This document shows, piece after piece, positions 53,136-60,176 of a stretch of 64,000 nucleotides of DNA. Every line of letters begins with the position of its first letter. The first letter of the stretch is position 1. The notes under the pieces are model-generated. The model was not told the DNA's origin. It was given only the letters and a program-made list of their open reading frames with translations, and did not search any database. The DNA is taken from IMG/VR virus record IMGVR_UViG_3300045988_073134. The stretch is one strand, 5' to 3'. Made by a program: the position numbers and the translations under genes. Source of the stretch: a virus.

Positions 53136-53280
53136 ATAACTCCCATCTACTATGGTCTTCTATCCACTCGTCTAAGCATTCAGTGCTGCAAAAGTTTAAT
53201 TCCTTATAACCACAATAATCTGGTAGTTCTAATACTAAATAATCCCAATCTAATCTTTCTTCACATTGTTCACACTTCAT
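53122..53280 (-). CDS. 52 aa zinc-ribbon-like protein (not in the track)
   Basis: GGAGGGGTAAAT precedes the ATG. The protein is MKCEQCEERLDWDYLVLELPDYCGYKELNFCSTECLDEWIEDHSRWELCEDD. Confidence 0.5.
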   Translation of the reverse strand: MKCEQCEERLDWDYLVLELPDYCGYKELNFCSTECLDEWIEDHSRWELCEDD

Positions 53281-53282
53281 AT

Positions 53283-53438
53283 TTACCCCTCCTGTACTTT
53301 ATATAATAAATCAAATAGTGGGTCTAGGTGCTCAAATACTAAATCACCTTCATCCACTGCTTTATTTATGAGCCATTTTAATTCTCTTACTAAATCTTTT
53401 TCAATTTCCATTTCTCTTATTTTTCTACCAGTTAACAT
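53283..53438 (-). CDS. 51 aa hypothetical protein (not in the track)
   Basis: AAAGGAGTTGATTAT precedes the ATG. The protein is MLTGRKIREMEIEKDLVRELKWLINKAVDEGDLVFEHLDPLFDLLYKVQEG. Confidence 0.45.
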   Translation of the reverse strand: MLTGRKIREMEIEKDLVRELKWLINKAVDEGDLVFEHLDPLFDLLYKVQEG

Positions 53439-53451
53439 ATAATCAACTCCT

Positions 53452-53488
53452 TTAAATATATTATATTATATTTCTATAATTTACTAAC
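53452..53488 (-). promoter_or_regulatory. Degenerate copy of the phage promoter motif (intact -35 GTTAGTAAA, -10 region ATATAATATAT)
   Basis: The plus strand reads ttaaatatattatattatatttctataatttactaac, 14 nt upstream of ATG 53438 (small ORFs plus primase operon). Confidence 0.35.
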
Positions 53489-53499
53489 TAACAATTTTA

Positions 53500-53541
53500 A
53501 AAAAGAAAAACCCCTGACATTGTCCGCTCCAATGCCAGGGT
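53500..53541 (-). terminator. Intrinsic terminator downstream of orphan promoter copy 11
   Basis: An 11-bp stem CCCTGGCATTG/CAATGTCAGGG. The single mismatch is G.U only on the minus RNA. It is followed by TTTTTCTTTTTT. Confidence 0.7.
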
Positions 53542-53596
53542 AAAAAAGGGGAGTTATATTATGAGTAGAAGAATGTGCCTCCACATTTCCTCTACA
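53500..53596 (-). ncRNA. Candidate small RNA of about 95 nt (orphan promoter 11 to terminator)
   Basis: No ORF or RBS lies between the promoter and the terminator. There is a 5-prime hairpin GTAGAGGAAATGTG-GAGG-CACATTCTTCTAC and a single-stranded ACTCCCCTTTTTT segment before the terminator. Confidence 0.3.
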
Positions 53597-53630
53597 TATA
53601 TAGTATAGAAAAAAGTGCCATTTTACTAAC
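53594..53630 (-). promoter_or_regulatory. Phage promoter motif, copy 11 ('orphan': followed by a terminator, not a gene)
   Basis: acatatatagtatagaaaaaagtgccattttactaac. It abuts the dnaB stop. The next element downstream is terminator 53500-53541. Confidence 0.65.
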
Positions 53631-54925
53631 TAAAAAACATCAGTAACGTCATTTATTTTATTATTATTTCTAAGTGGTAATTGTGGCTCAATCTCAGCTC
53701 CATCTTCCAGTTGTTCAGTCACAAAGGAAAATATACCGTTGTCTATGTCCCACACATATAATAATTGCTTATTATTTTCTCCATATCTATTCTTAGTTAT
53801 TTTAAGACTCAATCCCGCTTTAGTCTGTACTAAAGAAATTACTCTACTGCTATTCTGAGCAATACCATCACTCTCGCCTATGTCTGCTAATTCAGGATTC
53901 TCAGGTTTATCAATGTCCGCCTTGTTTCTATTTGCTTGAGCATCAACTATAATTGGAATACTAAATTCAGTACTCATATTAAATAAATCTTGTGCAATAT
54001 GAGTGTACTGAGTTCTTGTTTGGTCTCCCTTTGCTCGTCTCTCATCTTCCATTAATGATATTTGGTCAATACCAACTATGTCTGGTTTATACTCTTTTAT
54101 AAGAGCACGTAGTTTGCTCACTGTTAACATTTTTCCACCAAAGTCTACTGGTGTTACTACTATATATGGAGGTAATTCTTTATTGTTCTCTAAGTCATTA
54201 ATATATTGAGTATAATCTCCATCTGCTATTGTACCTCTCATTAATTGAGAGTTTGTGTAGTTCATACCTAAAGTATCATTTCTATACGCCACTTGTAATA
54301 CTCCCATCTCACCACTATAATGTAATACTTTTTTATGTTGTTTATTTGCCTCTGTTAGAAACTTTTGTAATAGCCAAGATTTACCTTGGTTTACTCTACC
54401 AACTATAGTCACTAATTCTTCACCTGGTAGCCATCCATTAAGTATCTTATCTAGTTCAGGTAAGCCACTACCAATTCCTAACATACCGCCTTTAGCACGT
54501 TTATTCTCTAAGTCCTTTATTTTCTCATCAACCATGTTGTTAATATTTACACCATTACTTTGAACAGTTTGGTCAAGTAGTCGTTGTGCCCTTGTGACTA
54601 TATGTTGTAAGCCATCAAAAGCATTCTGTTCTAATACATCACCACTAGCTTGAAATAGTGCCACTCCTTGGTCAAATAGATAGTTTTCTTTTAGATTATA
54701 AATAATATATTTTAGTGGCTCTAATACTTCAACAACATCAAAGTCAGGAAATTTTCCCATGAATGTTTCCCAGTCAGGTACTTTTCCATAAGTTCTAAAG
54801 TGAGTACATATAAAATCAAACTCATCTTGATAGTCTTTAAAATACTCTTTTGTTATCCCTTGACTCGTATATGCGTCTAAATTATTATTATTCAGTATAT
54901 CATTTATAGCTTGTAACTGTACCAT
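53630..54925 (-). CDS. dnaB: Replicative DNA helicase (DnaB-like)
   Basis: 431 aa. GLPELDKILNGWLPGEELVTIVGRVNQGKSW (Walker A), VGIDQISLM, and a RecA-like C-terminal domain. Confidence 0.85.
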   Translation of the reverse strand: MVQLQAINDILNNNNLDAYTSQGITKEYFKDYQDEFDFICTHFRTYGKVPDWETFMGKFPDFDVVEVLEPLKYIIYNLKENYLFDQGVALFQASGDVLEQNAFDGLQHIVTRAQRLLDQTVQSNGVNINNMVDEKIKDLENKRAKGGMLGIGSGLPELDKILNGWLPGEELVTIVGRVNQGKSWLLQKFLTEANKQHKKVLHYSGEMGVLQVAYRNDTLGMNYTNSQLMRGTIADGDYTQYINDLENNKELPPYIVVTPVDFGGKMLTVSKLRALIKEYKPDIVGIDQISLMEDERRAKGDQTRTQYTHIAQDLFNMSTEFSIPIIVDAQANRNKADIDKPENPELADIGESDGIAQNSSRVISLVQTKAGLSLKITKNRYGENNKQLLYVWDIDNGIFSFVTEQLEDGAEIEPQLPLRNNNKINDVTDVF

Positions 54926-55638
54926 TATATTCTCACCCCTTTTGGTTTCCTTTGTGTTTTGTTGGTGAATTCAACTATCGTGCTTGTATCTAATATTCTA
55001 CTCGACAATCTACCTCCAATATTATCATCTAATTGCTCATCAATAACATTACTTGTAAATATGTTAGCTTTGTTATTGACTATACGCGGATTGATTAAGC
55101 TGAATAATATTTGATGGTCATATTCTTTTAACTTAGTTACTCCTATGTCATCCCACACTATTAAGTCTACAGTTGGTATTAATTTCTCCATTTCTTCTAA
55201 TCTTATATCAGGTCGTTTTATCGCATTTCTTTTGGCCATTAAGAACTCATCTACATTTATAAATAGTCCTCTACAACGAGTGCCATTACCATTCCAAATA
55301 TTACTAAAATATTTACTCATCAACTTTATTGCCCACGTAGTCTTGCCATTACCAAAGTAAGGACTATATAGATACAAGTTACATCCATCATGTACAAAGT
55401 CATTGATATTTTCTTTTATACTATTAAGATACTCATACTTTTTAATATCATTACCTGCACTCAACTTCAAATCCTCAGGCTGTTGTTTATTTGGTGGAAT
55501 ATTAGCTAAGTTAACTAAATAATAATATTGAAAATATACACTACAGCTACAATTACAATCTTTTGTGCCATACATAGGGCAGTTAGTTCTAAACCAACAT
55601 TTATCTTTAATAAATTTAAATTCTTTTACATCATACAT
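54925..55638 (-). CDS. dnaC: DnaC/IstB-like AAA+ helicase loader with an N-terminal Cys-rich region
   Basis: Walker A SPYFGNGKTTWA, Walker B LIVWDDIG, and the N-terminal CWFRTNCPMYGTKDCNCSC. Confidence 0.7.
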   Translation of the reverse strand: MYDVKEFKFIKDKCWFRTNCPMYGTKDCNCSCSVYFQYYYLVNLANIPPNKQQPEDLKLSAGNDIKKYEYLNSIKENINDFVHDGCNLYLYSPYFGNGKTTWAIKLMSKYFSNIWNGNGTRCRGLFINVDEFLMAKRNAIKRPDIRLEEMEKLIPTVDLIVWDDIGVTKLKEYDHQILFSLINPRIVNNKANIFTSNVIDEQLDDNIGGRLSSRILDTSTIVEFTNKTQRKPKGVRI

Positions 55639-55653
55639 ATGTAAAACCTCCTT

Positions 55654-55690
55654 TTATCTATAGTATAGTAAAAAATGCACTTTTACTAAC
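55654..55690 (-). promoter_or_regulatory. Phage promoter motif, copy 12
   Basis: ttatctatagtatagtaaaaaatgcacttttactaac, 16 nt upstream of the dnaC-like ATG 55638. Confidence 0.6.
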
Positions 55691-55692
55691 AT

Positions 55693-55730
55693 AAAAAAAC
55701 CCTCGATACCAAAGGGGGTAGGTACCGAGG
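55693..55730 (-). terminator. Intrinsic terminator downstream of orphan promoter copy 13
   Basis: A 10-bp stem CCTCGGTACC/GGTATCGAGG (G.U on the minus RNA), a C-rich loop TACCCCCTTT, then T7. Confidence 0.7.
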
Positions 55731-55789
55731 TAAAAAACAAATAGATATTAAGGGTTGAGTATATAAGGAGGTTTCCCATATTCCTTACA
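55693..55789 (-). ncRNA. Candidate small RNA of about 95 nt (orphan promoter 13 to terminator)
   Basis: No ORF. It contains ACCTCCTTA and a CCCCC terminator loop. Confidence 0.3.
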
Positions 55790-55823
55790 TATATAGTATA
55801 GAAAAAATCATTGTTTTACTAAC
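55787..55823 (-). promoter_or_regulatory. Phage promoter motif, copy 13 (orphan)
   Basis: acatatatagtatagaaaaaatcattgttttactaac. It is followed after about 60 nt by terminator 55693-55730. Confidence 0.65.
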
Positions 55824-55831
55824 TTTAAAAT

Positions 55832-55865
55832 AAAAAAATCCCAACGGGTTACCAAGCCGTTGGGA
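55832..55865 (-). terminator. Intrinsic terminator downstream of orphan promoter copy 14
   Basis: A perfect 9-bp stem TCCCAACGG/CCGTTGGGA, then T7. Confidence 0.75.
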
Positions 55866-56005
55866 TATATTTGGGGATTGTTAATAATTTCTTATTAGTT
55901 GGTTATATGAAGTTAATCACCTACTCTCTTATTATACACTATTGGGTCATATAAGAAAATAATAAAAATTAAAATAATATAAAAATAATTTAATAATAAG
56001 TTACA
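55832..56005 (-). ncRNA. Candidate non-coding transcript of about 170 nt (orphan promoter 14 to terminator), extremely AT-rich at its 5-prime half
   Basis: The longest ATG or GTG ORFs on this strand are 3-5 codons. An internal TGTATAAT (55931-55938) could be an extra sigma-A-type -10. Confidence 0.25.
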
Positions 56006-56039
56006 TATATAGTATAGAAAAATTGTGTAGTTTACTAAC
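56003..56039 (-). promoter_or_regulatory. Phage promoter motif, copy 14 (orphan)
   Basis: acatatatagtatagaaaaattgtgtagtttactaac. It is followed by about 140 nt with no ORF, then terminator 55832-55865. Confidence 0.65.
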
Positions 56040-56307
56040 TAAAAAATAATTTTATTTCTTCTTTATCTAATTTTATTACATATATATTATCTTTAATTAT
56101 AAACTTATTTCTAGTACCTCCCTTTTTAATAGGTTCTCTAAAATTATCATTTTTAATATGTGTTCTAATACAACTATTAAAACTTTTTAATTGAGTAGCA
56201 TTTAATCTATAACAACTATGTTTAATACTATTAATAATATGTCTAATATCATTACATAAAAAATAATTGTCAGGTGTAACTACTAAATAATTATTAGTAC
56301 TTATCAT
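56035..56307 (-). CDS. Hypothetical basic protein (90 aa)
   Basis: ATG 56307 follows AAAGGAGGAATTTAT. The longer track ORF (to 56355) would run through a 5-prime UTR hairpin. Confidence 0.4.
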   Translation of the reverse strand: MISTNNYLVVTPDNYFLCNDIRHIINSIKHSCYRLNATQLKSFNSCIRTHIKNDNFREPIKKGGTRNKFIIKDNIYVIKLDKEEIKLFFS

Positions 56308-56335
56308 ATAAATTCCTCCTTTTTTAGTTGAGAGA

Positions 56336-56358
56336 ATTATGCACTTTCGGTGCATAAT
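56336..56358 (-). promoter_or_regulatory. 5-prime UTR hairpin (9-bp stem, CGAAA loop) upstream of ORF 56035-56307
   Basis: The minus strand reads ATTATGCAC-CGAAA-GTGCATAAT, with no U-tract. It lies between promoter copy 15 and the RBS. Confidence 0.5.
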
Positions 56359-56411
56359 AATCTTCCACCGACCGATTCTTTATTTATTTTCAGTCTAACT
56401 AATTTATTTAT

Positions 56412-56448
56412 TTATATATAGTATAGTAAAAAAGTCGATTTTACTAAC
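56412..56448 (-). promoter_or_regulatory. Phage promoter motif, copy 15
   Basis: ttatatatagtatagtaaaaaagtcgattttactaac, 105 nt upstream of ATG 56307. Confidence 0.6.
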
Positions 56449-56451
56449 TCC

Positions 56452-56473
56452 AAATTTAAAAAATTTTAAATTT
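56452..56473. repeat. A/T-only perfect palindrome between tandem promoter copies 16 and 15
   Basis: aaatttaaaa-aa-ttttaaattt. Confidence 0.6.
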
Positions 56474-56494
56474 TTTTCATCTTAAAAAAGGTTT

Positions 56495-56531
56495 TTTTAT
56501 ATAGTATAGAAAATTTGTTCGTTTTACTAAC
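56495..56531 (-). promoter_or_regulatory. Phage promoter motif, copy 16 (tandem with copy 15)
   Basis: ttttatatagtatagaaaatttgttcgttttactaac, directly after terminator 56541-56568. Confidence 0.55.
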
Positions 56532-56540
56532 TTGAGTATA

Positions 56541-56568
56541 AAAAAAATAGAAGGATTAAATCCTTCTA
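56541..56568 (-). terminator. Intrinsic terminator overlapping the stop codon of the DnaD-like gene
   Basis: TAGAAGGA-TTTAA-TCCTTCTA, then T7. The TAA stop lies in the loop. Confidence 0.65.
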
Positions 56569-56915
56569 TTAGTTGTGTCATGTTTATAGTCATTCTCAAC
56601 TTGATAACTAGCACGGTTACTACGTGGCATTGGTTGATTGACATAGTTTTCCATTTTATTACTGAATAGAGTTTGAGGTCTAATATACATTTCCATATTA
56701 GTTCCTCCCCACTCAGCAACTTTTACATCTATAACATATTTAAAGTCCTCTATTGTATATCCTTCTCTCAAACGAGCTGAGATGTATTTGACAGTATTTT
56801 TAGCATCGTGTTTATATTTAGTTCCTGCTCTAGTATTTAAATAGTCTACAATTTCTTCTATTAGTTTATTTTGTACAGTAGGTACTTTTTTTACATTGAA
56901 TCCAGGAAGTGCCAT
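56556..56915 (-). CDS. DnaD-like / phage replisome-organizer C-terminal domain protein
   Basis: YLNTRAGTKYKHDAKNTVKYISARLREGYTIEDFKYVIDVKVAEW...YIRPQTLFSNKMENYVNQ matches the conserved phage DnaD-type C-terminal domain pattern. Confidence 0.65.
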   Translation of the reverse strand: MALPGFNVKKVPTVQNKLIEEIVDYLNTRAGTKYKHDAKNTVKYISARLREGYTIEDFKYVIDVKVAEWGGTNMEMYIRPQTLFSNKMENYVNQPMPRSNRASYQVENDYKHDTTNRRI

Positions 56916-57298
56916 TATTTCACCCTCTTTACTCTTAAAGTTTTATATGTTTTCTCTCTGTATGCAGGTGCTATGTCATCTGTACTTATTATTCCACCAT
57001 ACATTAATTCTTCCAGCTTATCTTCATCTATAATATATGTTGGCACTAGACAATCCATTATCTCAGGTTTTTCTTGTGCCATATTTAGTAATATCTGAAT
57101 AAGTGTATCATCATCTAATTCACTCTTTGTATTAGTAGTATAAGAAACTTTTATACCGTCGTATTCACCTTTAGTAATTCCCTGCTCATCTAACATAGTT
57201 TTAGTACTCTTAATTAAGTTATTTTCACGCTCTTTATTCTTTTTATTCAGTTCTTTTATCTCAGCCAGTTCAGCTAATAAAACCCTTAATTCCTTCAT
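56915..57298 (-). CDS. Hypothetical coiled-coil protein
   Basis: 127 aa, stop/start coupled to the DnaD-like gene. Confidence 0.5.
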   Translation of the reverse strand: MKELRVLLAELAEIKELNKKNKERENNLIKSTKTMLDEQGITKGEYDGIKVSYTTNTKSELDDDTLIQILLNMAQEKPEIMDCLVPTYIIDEDKLEELMYGGIISTDDIAPAYREKTYKTLRVKRVK

Positions 57299-57373
57299 TT
57301 TTTACCCTCCTTAAGTAATTAATCTATGAGCCCTATAAAACCTATTTTAAGTAGGTCATATGAGCTCATATCA

Positions 57374-57410
57374 CTATATATAGTATAGAATTTATCTATT
57401 ATTTACTAAG
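57374..57410 (-). promoter_or_regulatory. Phage promoter motif, copy 17
   Basis: ctatatatagtatagaatttatctattatttactaag. It overlaps the 3-prime end of 57392-57670, 76 nt upstream of ATG 57298. Confidence 0.55.
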
Positions 57411-57670
57411 TTGCCATTGTATTTATCACTGACATTTTTCATAGTGCCTCTTTTAGTTTTCTTCATAAACTCCGTGAATGTATCAATATCTTGTGCTGCA
57501 AAGTATTTAGCATGTTGCTCTCCTAATGTTATGTATTCAGGTAATGTACGTTGTTCCACGGGTAACATTTCTTCATACTCATACCATCTTAATATGGTAG
57601 CTTTTGTTCTACCAATAATGGCTCCAATCTCAGTAAGACTATAATACATCTTTCCATCTATTATTTTCAT
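57392..57670 (-). CDS. MerR/excisionase-type HTH DNA-binding protein
   Basis: YYSLTEIGAIIGRTKATILRWYE is a typical MerR-like HTH. Confidence 0.55.
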   Translation of the reverse strand: MKIIDGKMYYSLTEIGAIIGRTKATILRWYEYEEMLPVEQRTLPEYITLGEQHAKYFAAQDIDTFTEFMKKTKRGTMKNVSDKYNGNLVNNR

Positions 57671-57672
57671 AT

Positions 57673-59316
57673 CTATCCCTCCATAATCTCTTTAAATAAT
57701 TTTTTATTATCAACTACTTTACTTGATAATTCTTGTTTACTATTAATTATATTATGTACTTTTTCATCTATAGTATCCTTACATATTAGAGTAATTATAT
57801 TAACTGTACCTTTTGTTCCTATTCTGTGACATCTGTCCTCAGCTTGTTGTTTATCAGCACTCGTCCAAGGCTCATCTAAAAATATTACTGTATTAGCTTC
57901 ATTAAGAGTAAACCCAGTACCTAGACAGCCGATTGTACCTAATATAACATGGCAATCAGCGTTTTCTTTGAATTCCCTTAGTACTTCATCCTTGTTCTTG
58001 ACCTCAGACGTTATACAAGCTGGATTGTACTTTTCTAGTAGTTGAGCGGCAGGTTCAATTACTTTTGCCCAGTTACTAAAAATGATAACTTTACCTCCAT
58101 TGTTAACTACTTCCTCAACTAATTCTTCCATACGTTTATATTTGACATTGTTCACTTTATGAGTAGTCAGAATATCGGGATTGCCAGTAGCTTGTCTCAA
58201 ACGTATTAATGCAGTTAATGGATTTGGTAGTAAAAGTATCTTATCAATGTTCTCTTGTATAGTCTGCTCTACTTCTTTATATATTTTAGTCTGACCTACA
58301 TCCATCTCTAATAACTCATTAGTATAAATCTTAGGTGGTAAATCTAATACATCTTCTTTTTTTCTTCTCAACATATATTTGTCTAACCTACTCTGTAATT
58401 CATTGAGATGTTTATATCCAACTATTTGATATCCACCAAATCCACCCATGATACAATAATGATTCTTGAACTGAGTTAAACTGTGATTCTCAACTTCTAG
58501 CCATTTTAATACATTGTATAGGTCTATAGCAGCATTCATTATCGGCGTTCCAGTTAGTGCTAACTTATAATATGTGCAGCAACAATGAATGGCCTTACCT
58601 TGCATACTAGTAGAGTTCTTGCATTTATGTATCTCATCTATAATAGTCATACCTATTACTCCACACGTACACAATATTTTAATGTACTCTTGTATTTTAA
58701 CGTCTCTTAAGGTCTCAATATTAGTTACAAGGAAGAATTCATCATGTTTATTTTGTAGGTCTAATAATCTCTCATGAACACTACCAATTTTTCCATCTTT
58801 AAATCCTAATATATGAGCACGTTCGTTAGTATGTACTGCCACCTCATGTACCCAGTTCCACTTTAATTCATTAACTCCGCATACAATTAAACAATGTTTC
58901 ATCTGTTCTTTTTTACTCACTGCTATGTCCAAGGCTTGTTTGGTCTTACCAAGTCCTTGCTCATCTGCTAATAGAAATTTAGTATGGTCTTTAGAGTATA
59001 GGAAACTTTCCATCTGATAACTATATGGTGTAGTTTTACTTTTATATTCAGCTAGTGGCTTATCGTAGTTATCCAGTAATTCTAAATAATTCTCAAATTC
59101 TTTAGGTATTTTACCAATTATATCAATAGCACAATTACTACACTTATCTAGTATAGTTTTAAATGCTACTTTGGGTAGTTCCCACATATTTTTACTTTTA
59201 TGGTAATATGAGTTAAAGGACTTAATAACATCTAAATATTCCAACTCATCTCTACCCATTTTTACAAACAAGGAGCTACCCCTAAATTTAATACCTTTGT
59301 CAATTTTTAATTTCAT
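57673..59316 (-). CDS. SNF2-family helicase/ATPase
   Basis: LLADEQGLGKTKQAL (I), IIDEIHKCKN (II), and a helicase-C region with QQAEDRCHRIGT. Confidence 0.85.
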   Translation of the reverse strand: MKLKIDKGIKFRGSSLFVKMGRDELEYLDVIKSFNSYYHKSKNMWELPKVAFKTILDKCSNCAIDIIGKIPKEFENYLELLDNYDKPLAEYKSKTTPYSYQMESFLYSKDHTKFLLADEQGLGKTKQALDIAVSKKEQMKHCLIVCGVNELKWNWVHEVAVHTNERAHILGFKDGKIGSVHERLLDLQNKHDEFFLVTNIETLRDVKIQEYIKILCTCGVIGMTIIDEIHKCKNSTSMQGKAIHCCCTYYKLALTGTPIMNAAIDLYNVLKWLEVENHSLTQFKNHYCIMGGFGGYQIVGYKHLNELQSRLDKYMLRRKKEDVLDLPPKIYTNELLEMDVGQTKIYKEVEQTIQENIDKILLLPNPLTALIRLRQATGNPDILTTHKVNNVKYKRMEELVEEVVNNGGKVIIFSNWAKVIEPAAQLLEKYNPACITSEVKNKDEVLREFKENADCHVILGTIGCLGTGFTLNEANTVIFLDEPWTSADKQQAEDRCHRIGTKGTVNIITLICKDTIDEKVHNIINSKQELSSKVVDNKKLFKEIMEG

Positions 59317-59353
59317 ATCGCACCTCCAATAAAGTTAGGGGAGTTTTCTCCCC

Positions 59354-59914
59354 CTACATTGTTGCAGCTATTATTACATTTTGTAATACTTCTAAATCAT
59401 TTACTCCACTTATTCTAAAGTAACCTCTAGTTTTATCATATATACCAGTGTCATATCTAGTTTCTAATGTGTATCTATAATTTGAGTCTAATTTTTCATA
59501 TACACTAGGTTTCATGTCTATGTGCATATTACCTTTTTTACTAAATCTTATCATACATATTGCTCCACGTTGACCTTCTTTATATACTCCTAGATATTCC
59601 TTCTTTTGGCTAGGGAAGCATCCATTATTAGTTATGACTGTATTTACATCATCTCTATTAACTTCAATACCAGTTTGAGCAGGTAATGGACGACGGTTAT
59701 TTCTAGTTCTATATTCATCTATTACTACTGGAGCTACATATTCTTCATACATTTTAAACCATCTTTTTATTGTAGCTAATTTGTTTATTTTACTAACGCC
59801 ATTCTCATCTGTTAAAACTAGTGACTCACTACAAACATCTGCCACTGTATATATTTGATTATTTCTTATGTTTTGTAATTTATCTCCTTTTATAGCTTCT
59901 ATACTTTTTCTCAT
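59354..59914 (-). CDS. Hypothetical early protein
   Basis: ATG 59914 lies 9 nt after AAGGGG. First gene behind the sigma-A-type promoter 59960-59988. Confidence 0.5.
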   Translation of the reverse strand: MRKSIEAIKGDKLQNIRNNQIYTVADVCSESLVLTDENGVSKINKLATIKRWFKMYEEYVAPVVIDEYRTRNNRRPLPAQTGIEVNRDDVNTVITNNGCFPSQKKEYLGVYKEGQRGAICMIRFSKKGNMHIDMKPSVYEKLDSNYRYTLETRYDTGIYDKTRGYFRISGVNDLEVLQNVIIAATM

Positions 59915-59959
59915 TAATAACAACCCCTTTTTTCTTTTTATTTATCTTTTATTAATTAT

Positions 59960-59988
59960 ATTATACTGCTACTTACATAATTATTCAC
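59960..59988 (-). promoter_or_regulatory. Sigma-A-type (early) promoter D: weaker -35 (GTGAAT), N17, TATAAT
   Basis: GTGAATAATTATGTAAGTAGCAGTATAAT, then the leader TTAATAAAAGATAAA. It drives the 59354-59914 / SNF2 operon. Confidence 0.55.
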
Positions 59989-60175
59989 CTGTTTTATCCA
60001 AAGTTTTTAAAAATTTATATATGAACTCATCTGATATTTGTTCCTCAGGTATGCCATACCATTGAGCTAATCTAAATCTTACACCGTCAATATACGTATT
60101 TATATTTATATTGCAGGTAAAAGGACTTCCGTCCTTTACCTTGCATATCTCTCTATATTGGTCTAATGTTAACAT
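59981..60175 (-). CDS. Hypothetical small protein
   Basis: 64 aa, coupled to the amidoligase gene. Confidence 0.5.
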   Translation of the reverse strand: MLTLDQYREICKVKDGSPFTCNININTYIDGVRFRLAQWYGIPEEQISDEFIYKFLKTLDKTGE

Positions 60176-60176
60176 A

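Noticed and set aside
56477-56719. Track ORF 56477-56719 (-), 80 aa.
   Set aside because: It overlaps the DnaD-like gene in another frame and runs through a terminator and a promoter motif. It has no RBS.
17624-57410. The 37-nt repeated motif could be a CRISPR-like or MITE-like repeat. On the plus strand it contains TACTAAC, the yeast intron branch-point consensus.
   Set aside because: Copies are kilobases apart, not in an array, and have no flanking target-site duplications or terminal inverted repeats. They are always co-oriented with, and just upstream of, minus-strand genes. The branch-point resemblance is on the non-coding strand and coincidental. A promoter explains all properties.
57392-57670. 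A lysogeny module, with the MerR-like HTH as repressor or excisionase.
   Set aside because: No integrase, CI/Cro pair, attP-like repeat or divergent promoter region was found. A single small HTH gene inside an early operon is insufficient. Lifestyle cannot be decided from this window.
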